A stretch of 32,000 nucleotides of DNA, taken from positions 2,370,001 to 2,402,000 of the forward strand of contig NZ_CP032551.1 in assembly GCF_009734345.1 (NCBI RefSeq), in the 5' to 3' direction. Shown here one piece after another: positions 1 through 5,949 of this stretch (its first letter is position 1; the number at the start of each line of letters is the position of its first letter). A model generated the notes under the pieces. The model was not told where the DNA came from and made no database searches. It saw only the letters and a program-made list of their open reading frames with translations. This DNA is from Pseudidiomarina andamanensis. GTDB lineage: Bacteria; Pseudomonadota; Gammaproteobacteria; Enterobacterales; Alteromonadaceae. The position numbers and the translations under genes are program-made.

Positions 1-573
1 GATGATGATATTGACGGCAGCTACGGCGCGGAATCAGTGGATTATCAAAGTTTGCAGTTTCCGTATCGTGCAGCGAACAGTTGGCTGGTTCACGTGAGCG
101 AATTACGCTTAGTGCGTGGTGTGACGGCGCGTATTTATAACCAAATAAAACCGTACGTGTGCGTTATTCCGCGAGATAACAGCCTGAAATTAAACATAAA
201 TACGGTTAAGAAAGATCAGCCAGCTTTGTTGCATGCGGTAACTGTCGGCGCTATGTCGATGGGGGATGCCGCGAGTTTCTTGGCCTCCCGTCGAGAAAGC
301 GGCTATGAAAGTATGGACGATGCGCGTAATAATGGGGCCATAAATGATGCAGCAACGCGCGGCGTGCAACCTAAATTTGTCGGCAACGTGCCCCCAAATG
401 GCGTGACCGCACAAACCATCGGTGGCGCACTTGACGATTTAGATGTGAAAAGTAAGTATTTCCAATTAAACGCAAAAATTGGTTATGGCGATCTAACCAT
501 GGCCGCCGAAAGCCAGTTTTTAATCACCAGCGAGACCGCTGAAGTTTTGTATCGCGGCGCAGGAGAACCCTAG
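1..573 (+). CDS. gspK: Type II secretion minor pseudopilin GspK, C-terminal part (5'-truncated by the window edge)
   Basis: Frame 1 is open from nt 1. It begins DDDIDGSYGAE..DY, which resembles the GspK Ca-binding motif. The gene lies directly upstream of gspL/M/N with a 3-nt gap. Confidence 0.85.
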   Translation, partial: DDDIDGSYGAESVDYQSLQFPYRAANSWLVHVSELRLVRGVTARIYNQIKPYVCVIPRDNSLKLNINTVKKDQPALLHAVTVGAMSMGDAASFLASRRESGYESMDDARNNGAINDAATRGVQPKFVGNVPPNGVTAQTIGGALDDLDVKSKYFQLNAKIGYGDLTMAAESQFLITSETAEVLYRGAGEP

Positions 574-576
574 ATT

Positions 577-1803
577 ATGGAACAACTATTTATCCGCTTG
601 AGCTCGGCTGAACGCGAGCCGCTGCACTGGCTGATTTGGAGCCCAGAGCAAAGCGAACTCATTGCAAGCGGAACGCTGAATGATCTGTCCGAATTAAGCC
701 AACTGACCGATCATGCCCGTAGCCGCGAAGTGATTTGTTACGCGCCGGGTACCGATGTGTTGCTCACTGAAGTTGAGTTACCGAGTAGCGCGATTCGCAT
801 GCTGCCTCAGGTGGTGCCGAATGCGCTGGAAGATGAATTGGCGCAGGATATTAGTGAGTTGCACTTCGCATGGCCTCCAGCGAAGAAGGGGGGTGCAGTC
901 CTTGGACTGCACGTTGCTGTTGTCGCCCGCGATGCCATGCATAAATGGCTATCAGCGCTTGAGCAAGCCGACATCGAATGCGATGAAATTTACCCCGATA
1001 TTTTTATGGTGCCAGCGCCGCAGGTGCAGCCGCAGTTGTCTGAAAGCGAGGAGGGTGCAGACCCAGCTCCGGAGCAAGGACTGCACCCCACCTCCCTAAC
1101 CTTAGGCGAGACGGTGATTATTCGCACCGGGCAGTACACTGGCTTCACCACAGACACCGCGCTCGCGCCGATAGTAACCGAAGGTATGCAGTTGCAGCCG
1201 GTTGAAAAAATGGACATTGAAGTGCCGTTGAGTGTGGTCGCCACCACTTATAATGCGCGCAAATCCACGCCACCGATGATTAATCTTCGTCAGCAAGAGT
1301 TTCGCTCGCAGCACAAAAAGCGTAAAGGCGTGAAAGCAAGCACTTACAAACCTGCGGCGATTGCTGCAGGCGTGTTACTCGCCGTGGCCTACAGTTCGCA
1401 GGTGATTGAGTATGTGCATCTTGGCAATCAAAGTGAACAACTCGAGCAAGCGATTGAGCAAACTTACCGCGATGCGTTTCCGAACGAAAAACGCATTGTG
1501 AACGTGCGCTCGCAGCTTAATCGTCATTTAGAGAGCTTAGGTATGCAAGGCACAAAGTCATCGCCGCTTGAGTTATTGGCGCATCTCGAAAGTGCATTTA
1601 AAGCGAATCGCGATGTCAGACTTGAACTGATTCGATACGATGACAAGACCCTCCGCATGCAGGTAAAAGCGAATAGTTTCGCGAGCTTAGAGAATTTTCG
1701 AAAAGTGGCGAATCAAGGCGGTCAGATTGTCGTCGAGCAAGGGCCTGTGAATAACCAAAGCGGTGCTGTAAGCGGCGCCCTAACCGTGAAGAAGGACGTG
1801 TGA
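577..1803 (+). CDS. gspL: Type II secretion system protein GspL/EpsL
   Basis: 408 aa with N-terminus MEQLFIRLSS..PLHWLIWS, typical of GspL/EpsL. It has a single central TM segment (AAIAAGVLLAVAYSS) and sits between gspK and gspM. It carries two in-frame copies of the palindromic repeat. Confidence 0.85.
   Translation: MEQLFIRLSSAEREPLHWLIWSPEQSELIASGTLNDLSELSQLTDHARSREVICYAPGTDVLLTEVELPSSAIRMLPQVVPNALEDELAQDISELHFAWPPAKKGGAVLGLHVAVVARDAMHKWLSALEQADIECDEIYPDIFMVPAPQVQPQLSESEEGADPAPEQGLHPTSLTLGETVIIRTGQYTGFTTDTALAPIVTEGMQLQPVEKMDIEVPLSVVATTYNARKSTPPMINLRQQEFRSQHKKRKGVKASTYKPAAIAAGVLLAVAYSSQVIEYVHLGNQSEQLEQAIEQTYRDAFPNEKRIVNVRSQLNRHLESLGMQGTKSSPLELLAHLESAFKANRDVRLELIRYDDKTLRMQVKANSFASLENFRKVANQGGQIVVEQGPVNNQSGAVSGALTVKKDV
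882..912 (+). repeat. Palindromic repeat copy A (short form), in frame inside gspL
   Basis: Sequence is GAAGAAGGGGGGTGCAGTCCTTGGACTGCAC, with a GTGCAGTCC/GGACTGCAC 9-bp inverted repeat. It is near-identical to the intergenic copies at 3936 and 4628. It translates as KKGGAVLGLH. Confidence 0.85.
1046..1096 (+). repeat. Palindromic repeat copy B (long form), in frame inside gspL
   Basis: Sequence is GCGAGGAGGGTGCAG[ACCCAGCTCCGGAGCAAG]GACTGCACCCCACCTCCC. The outer arms match the short form and the centre holds a nested GCTCC/GGAGC palindrome. It translates as EEGADPAPEQGLHPTS. Confidence 0.8.
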
Positions 1804-2330
1804 TGCCTAGTTTGTTACAGCAATTTATACAGCGCGTTCCAGGCCTCGAAACACGGTTAAACCAAATGAACCAGCGCGAGAAGCTTTTAGTGAGTGTCGC
1901 TGCTGTGCTATTTGTGGTTACACTCGCGTATTTCATTGCATGGAAGCCGTTAACCGATGGCATCGCTGAGCGCGAAACCAAAGTTGTCGCGCAGCAAGAG
2001 CTATTGCAGTGGGTGCGCGAAAACACCGGCCGCTATTTGTCACAAAAAGGTGGGGTGCAGTCCAAGGACAGCACCCCCACCTCATCCATGAGCGGCAGCA
2101 TGAGCGAACGTGTCACGCGCTTAGCCACCGCCGCCAAAATCGAAGTCACACGCATGCAGCCGCAGTCAGACAGCTTAGTTGTGGTGATAGACGAAGTGCC
2201 ATTTAACGCACTACTTCAGTTCATCGAAAGCCTTGAGACTCAAGCCGGCTTAGTTATTGAACACCTCGATGCGACCGAAGGCGGCGAGCCGGGGATCGTT
2301 CGGGTACGTCGCTTGCAGGTGGCGGAATGA
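1803..2330 (+). CDS. gspM: Type II secretion system protein GspM/EpsM
   Basis: About 175 aa with one N-terminal TM segment (LLVSVAAVLFVVTLAYFIAW). The ATG overlaps the gspL stop (TGATG); the ORF track's GTG at 1800 is an alternative start. Position between gspL and gspN supports the call. Confidence 0.8.
   Translation: MPSLLQQFIQRVPGLETRLNQMNQREKLLVSVAAVLFVVTLAYFIAWKPLTDGIAERETKVVAQQELLQWVRENTGRYLSQKGGVQSKDSTPTSSMSGSMSERVTRLATAAKIEVTRMQPQSDSLVVVIDEVPFNALLQFIESLETQAGLVIEHLDATEGGEPGIVRVRRLQVAE
2049..2083. repeat. Palindromic repeat copy C (short form, symmetric/inverted), in frame inside gspM
   Basis: Sequence is GGTGGGGTGCAGTCCAAGGACAGCACCCCCACCTC. The AA loop, versus TT in the other copies, suggests the opposite orientation. 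It is read in a different frame and translates as KGGVQSKDSTPTS. Confidence 0.75.
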
Positions 2331-3100
2331 TGTCTTGGCGCTGGTTGTTATGGTTAATTCCGTTTTACTTGGTTGCGTTGGTGGCACTGACTCCCGCTGC
2401 GGTGATTAAGTGGGGTGCAGGCCTAGCTCCGGAGCAGGGACTGCACGTCTCCTCCACCAAAGGTACGATATGGAACGGGCGCGCAAATATTAGCGCGAAG
2501 TTGCCAACTGGCGGCACGCTAAATCTTGAAGATGTGCAATGGCAACTGAACCCTTGGAAGTTATTCATGGCAGAAGCGGAAATCGCAATTGATATTCCGT
2601 CGAAGAATTATCTCTATGGCACTGCCACTATCAACGCCGGTATGTCGGAAGCGCAGCTCAAAGCTAATTTTCAAGGCGCAATGCAGCCGGCGATCCAACA
2701 ATTGAAACTTCCCGTACCCATCACCATGGCAGGTAACTTCCAACTTGATATTAATGACTATCAAGTATCTAATTTTAATAGTGGAAAGATCTGTGATGCG
2801 TTAACTGCTACAATCAATGCACGGCGAACTGAAATGCGCATTAACCAGCAATGGCATGAGTTGGGTGACTATTTAGCCAAGCTTTCATGTAATGCGCAAA
2901 ATGGCATCAATGTCGAAATAGACGACAATAACCTCGTCGGTTTACGCCTTAGCGCACAAGTAAATGGGCGCATTGATGCACCGCAAGTAAGCTTAACCGG
3001 TAGTATGAAACCTACGTTGCAGACGCCGCAGCCAATTTCTGAGTTATTAGTTTTCATCGGAAAACCAGACGCTCAAGGCCGATATAACTTCAAATGGTAA
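2327..3100 (+). CDS. gspN: Type II secretion system protein GspN
   Basis: 257 aa with an N-terminal TM segment (WLLWLIPFYLVALVAL) and a GTIWNGRA motif typical of GspN. The start overlaps the gspM stop (ATGATG). It is the last gene of the gsp operon. Confidence 0.75.
   Translation: MMSWRWLLWLIPFYLVALVALTPAAVIKWGAGLAPEQGLHVSSTKGTIWNGRANISAKLPTGGTLNLEDVQWQLNPWKLFMAEAEIAIDIPSKNYLYGTATINAGMSEAQLKANFQGAMQPAIQQLKLPVPITMAGNFQLDINDYQVSNFNSGKICDALTATINARRTEMRINQQWHELGDYLAKLSCNAQNGINVEIDDNNLVGLRLSAQVNGRIDAPQVSLTGSMKPTLQTPQPISELLVFIGKPDAQGRYNFKW
2410..2458 (+). repeat. Palindromic repeat copy D (long form), in frame inside gspN
   Basis: Sequence is GTGGGGTGCAG[GCCTAGCTCCGGAGCAGG]GACTGCACGTCTCCTCCACC. 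It translates as WGAGLAPEQGLHVSST, in the same reading frame relative to the element as copies A and B. Confidence 0.8.
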
Positions 3101-3112
3101 AAAGGAGTACTT

Positions 3113-3925
3113 ATGGATCAAGTCATGACATGGATTAGCGACAACCAAGAGCTAATTCTCAGCTACACAGTGAAATTTATCGTCGCAATTATCATCTTAA
3201 TTGTGGGTAAGATTGTGGCGAATTCAGTTGCCAAATTAATGGGCAAAGGCATGGAGAAACGCGGCACCGATAAAGCCGTAATTAGCTTCCTTGGCGCCAT
3301 TGTTCGTTCGGTCATATTCATTGCCGCCGTGCTAATGGCATTGTCTCAAGTAGGCGTCGAAACCACCTCATTTATTGCCATTTTAGGTGCCGCCGGTTTG
3401 GCGATAGGTCTGTCATTGCAAGGCTCGCTATCGAACATGGCGTCGGGCGTATTAATCATCTTATTCCGTCCATTCCGTGCCGGTGAATACGTGGACGCAG
3501 GTGGCGTTTCGGGTACCGTTGAAGAAGTGAACATCTTCCAAACTATCTTGAAAACACCAGATAACAAAGTGGTATTCGTGCCGAATGCGCAGATTACCGG
3601 CTCACCAATTACGAACTACAACCGAGAAGATACTCGCCGTGTCGATCTGCTCATCGGCGTGTCATACGACGCCGACTTGCACAAAACCAAAGAAGTGCTT
3701 GAAAGTGTGTTGAAAGCCGACGAGCGTTTGCTTAAAGATCCAGCTTGGAACATTCAAGTTCATGCACTGAATAGTTCTTCAGTCGACTTTATCGTCCGTC
3801 CTTGGGTGAAAAGCACTGACTATTGGGGTGTCTACTGGGACTTGATGCGCGAAATTAAAATCGCATTAGACAAAAACGAAATTGGAATCCCTTATCCACA
3901 AATGGATGTGCACCTGCACAAGTAA
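3113..3925 (+). CDS. mscS: Small-conductance mechanosensitive channel (MscS family)
   Basis: 270 aa that aligns along its length with my recollection of E. coli MscS (e.g. LGAAGLAIGLSLQGSLSN, FRPFRAGEYVD, IPYPQMDVHL). AAGGAG RBS lies 7 nt upstream. Confidence 0.9.
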   Translation: MDQVMTWISDNQELILSYTVKFIVAIIILIVGKIVANSVAKLMGKGMEKRGTDKAVISFLGAIVRSVIFIAAVLMALSQVGVETTSFIAILGAAGLAIGLSLQGSLSNMASGVLIILFRPFRAGEYVDAGGVSGTVEEVNIFQTILKTPDNKVVFVPNAQITGSPITNYNREDTRRVDLLIGVSYDADLHKTKEVLESVLKADERLLKDPAWNIQVHALNSSSVDFIVRPWVKSTDYWGVYWDLMREIKIALDKNEIGIPYPQMDVHLHK

Positions 3926-3935
3926 ATTCTGAGCA

Positions 3936-3976
3936 AAAGAAGGGTGCAGTCCTTGGACTGCACCCCACCTCTCGCC
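3936..3976 (+). repeat. Palindromic repeat copy E (short form), intergenic, 10 nt after the mscS stop
   Basis: Sequence is AAAGAAGGGTGCAGTCCTTGGACTGCACCCCACCTCTCGCC. Its 34-nt core is identical to copy F. Confidence 0.9.
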
Positions 3977-4014
3977 TATGCTGAAAGCAGGATTTCAACA
4001 AAAGGAAGACTGCA

Positions 4015-4629
4015 ATGAAACCTTTCGTAACAAAAATGTCAGTTGCTGCGGTAGCGATCGCCGCATTAACAACCGCAGCGCAAGCGCAACAAACCATGCA
4101 GCAACCGAGCTTCGACAAGCTAGGCGTTAGCTATATCAACTACGACCTCGACGGCGAAACCCTCAACGGCGCCGGCCTGCAGTTCAACCGCCACATCAAC
4201 CAAGACTGGTTCCTTGATGTGAATTACATTTACGCCACCGACGACTACACCATTAGCGGCATTGACGTCGATGCCACCGCAAACACCCTATACGGTAACC
4301 TTGGCTTCAAGTTCTACCAAATGAACAACATGGTGGCCTACGCCAGTGGTGGCTTGGTCTACAGCGAAATTGACGTCGACAGCGGCGTTGGTGGATACAA
4401 CGAAGATGACACCGGTTGGAACGCACAAATTGGTATGCGTACGCGCCTCACCGACGCTTTCGAAGTGGACGCGAACGTGCGTCACGTCGACATCTACGAT
4501 GACAGCGATCAAGAGTGGAGCCTCAGCGGCCAGTACTACATCACTAATGAATTCAGCGTAGGCCTTGGTTACACACTTGTTGACTCTGACAACAGCTACG
4601 TCGCGCTCAGTGGCAACTTCCATTTCTAA
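4015..4629 (+). CDS. Outer-membrane beta-barrel protein (OmpA-like/OmpW-like small porin family)
   Basis: It has a signal peptide MKPFVTKMSVAAVAIAALTTAAQA, alternating aromatic/hydrophilic beta-strand patterning, and a C-terminal ..GNFHF ending in Phe. AAGGAAG RBS is present. Confidence 0.65.
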   Translation: MKPFVTKMSVAAVAIAALTTAAQAQQTMQQPSFDKLGVSYINYDLDGETLNGAGLQFNRHINQDWFLDVNYIYATDDYTISGIDVDATANTLYGNLGFKFYQMNNMVAYASGGLVYSEIDVDSGVGGYNEDDTGWNAQIGMRTRLTDAFEVDANVRHVDIYDDSDQEWSLSGQYYITNEFSVGLGYTLVDSDNSYVALSGNFHF

Positions 4630-4670
4630 AAGAAGAGGGTGCAGTCCTTGGACTGCACCCCACCTCTCGC
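4628..4670 (+). repeat. Palindromic repeat copy F (short form), intergenic, overlapping or abutting the OMP stop codon
   Basis: Sequence is AAAAGAAGAGGGTGCAGTCCTTGGACTGCACCCCACCTCTCGC. Confidence 0.9.
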
Positions 4671-4781
4671 TTACAATTTTCACCTTTACAGCCCACTAAC
4701 TACCTGATAGATTTACAAGTGATCACCCACATAGACGTGGGCTGATTGGCCAATCAAAGAAGTAAGGAAGAGGAAAATAGT

Positions 4782-5060
4782 ATGAAAACTTTATCAGCAT
4801 TATTTGCTGCTGCAGCATTGGCTTTAGCGCCAACTGCAATGGCATCTGGTCAAGCCGGTGGCGCTGAGGCATCTGGTTCAGGTGCAGCATTCTCTACTGG
4901 CGCAATGGTAGCAGCTGGCGTTGCTGCAGTTACAGTTTTAGTTGTTGCAACTGACGACGACGACGACTTCGTATCTCCAAAGCCAGTTGAGCCACCAGTA
5001 GTACCACCAGTAAATCCAGGTACTACTACTTCAACCAGCACTACCACTTCAGGTATGTAA
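4782..5060 (+). CDS. yjbE: YjbE/GfcA-like small secreted/membrane protein (module 1)
   Basis: It starts at ATG 4782 with a GGAAGAGGA RBS; the track's TTG at 4746 is unlikely. The protein has a signal peptide MKTLSALFAAAALALAPTAMA, an Ala/Gly-rich region, a hydrophobic stretch, DDDDD, and a Pro/Thr-rich tail ending TTTSTSTTTSGM. This architecture matches E. coli YjbE/GfcA as I recall them. Confidence 0.7.
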   Translation: MKTLSALFAAAALALAPTAMASGQAGGAEASGSGAAFSTGAMVAAGVAAVTVLVVATDDDDDFVSPKPVEPPVVPPVNPGTTTSTSTTTSGM

Positions 5061-5082
5061 GCTCGTTTGAAGTAAAACAAAA

Positions 5083-5115
5083 GTCGCAAGCGAAAGCTTG
5101 CGGCTTTTTTATTTT
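5083..5115 (+). terminator. Rho-independent terminator after yjbE-like gene 1
   Basis: GTCGCAAGC-GAAA-GCTTGCGGC forms a 9-bp stem with one G-U pair and a GNRA-type loop, followed by TTTTTTATTTT. Confidence 0.75.
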
Positions 5116-5130
5116 GTGAAGGTGATAAAT

Positions 5131-5949
5131 ATGTTAATATCGCCCACACAAATAGAGCAAAAAGCCCCAGCAAACAGAACTCAAAATAACAACATGACAG
5201 CCAAACACTCGCTTTACATTCAAATCATCATTTTGGCTCTCATCAGCACGCTAATCAGTGGCTGCAGCGTGCGCCTTCAAAACTACAAAGAAATTGTCAC
5301 TGAGCTCTTCAACACACCAGAAGATGTAACGCTCAGCCAACAAGAAATTGAAGAATTCCCATACGCCGGTAGCTACATACAAGTTGACGAGCGTCCGCGC
5401 GCATTTATGGCATTGGCTTTCGACGATAATGGCGTACTCAAATGGCGCACCGGTGGCGAGGAAATTATCCATACTAAGCACGGCCGCATAACCGCTACCA
5501 ACAACATGAGCGGCGCCATTGCGCACACAAGCAACCTAAAAAACGACCCGTTAGCGTGTTTCCGCGAAGCAATCCGAAGAAACAACCAAGACCTCACCAA
5601 CTGCCCAACAACATGGCAACGTGACATTTGGGTAACTACTGCCACTCCGAACAAAATTGAAGATCAGGCGTATACGTACACCTCAGAATTCAGAGTAGGC
5701 GCCACCGAGCAAGTGAACTTGGCCAATGGCACCTCGCACCAAGTCATTAAAATCGAAGAACGCATAGGCACAAGCGACAACAACGTAGCAACCAACACCT
5801 TTTACATCAGCACCGACAATGCCCGTATCGTAAAATCGCACCAGCTGATTGCGCCTCCAAGTAGCTCACAAAGTAGCTCCGAAAGTACCTTCGCAACCAT
5901 TGAAGAAGTGAAGCCGTACACCTTAGAAGAAGTGAAGAATAACGGATGA
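5131..5949 (+). CDS. yjbF: YjbF/GfcB-family outer-membrane lipoprotein (module 1)
   Basis: It has a lipobox LISGC preceded by MTAKHSLYIQIIILALIST. ATG 5131 has a GAAGGTGA RBS, and ATG 5194 is an alternative start. The track's TTG at 5098 lies inside the terminator hairpin and is rejected. It is paralogous to the N-terminal half of ORF 29582-30970 (shared EI..FPYA..Y.. and LAFDDNG/LGYDDNH blocks). Confidence 0.72.
   Translation: MLISPTQIEQKAPANRTQNNNMTAKHSLYIQIIILALISTLISGCSVRLQNYKEIVTELFNTPEDVTLSQQEIEEFPYAGSYIQVDERPRAFMALAFDDNGVLKWRTGGEEIIHTKHGRITATNNMSGAIAHTSNLKNDPLACFREAIRRNNQDLTNCPTTWQRDIWVTTATPNKIEDQAYTYTSEFRVGATEQVNLANGTSHQVIKIEERIGTSDNNVATNTFYISTDNARIVKSHQLIAPPSSSQSSSESTFATIEEVKPYTLEEVKNNG

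Noticed and set aside
4746-4781. The ORF-track 5' extension of the yjbE-like gene (TTG start, MANQRSKEEENS...).
   Set aside because: The ATG at 4782 is preceded by a good RBS (GGAAGAGGA) and starts a canonical signal peptide. The extension would bury that signal peptide.
4953-4967. A (GAC)5 trinucleotide repeat encoding DDDDD in yjbE-like gene 1; a (GAC)3 lies at about 29541-29549 in gene 2. It was considered as a slipped-strand phase-variation tract.
   Set aside because: Triplet repeats change length in frame and cannot switch the gene off. Five units is short. The Asp run seems to be a conserved protein feature of both paralogues.
5098-5130. The ORF-track TTG start of the yjbF-like gene at 5098.
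   Set aside because: The codon lies inside the stem of the terminator hairpin (5083-5104). ATG 5131 has an RBS, and ATG 5194 directly precedes a lipoprotein signal peptide.
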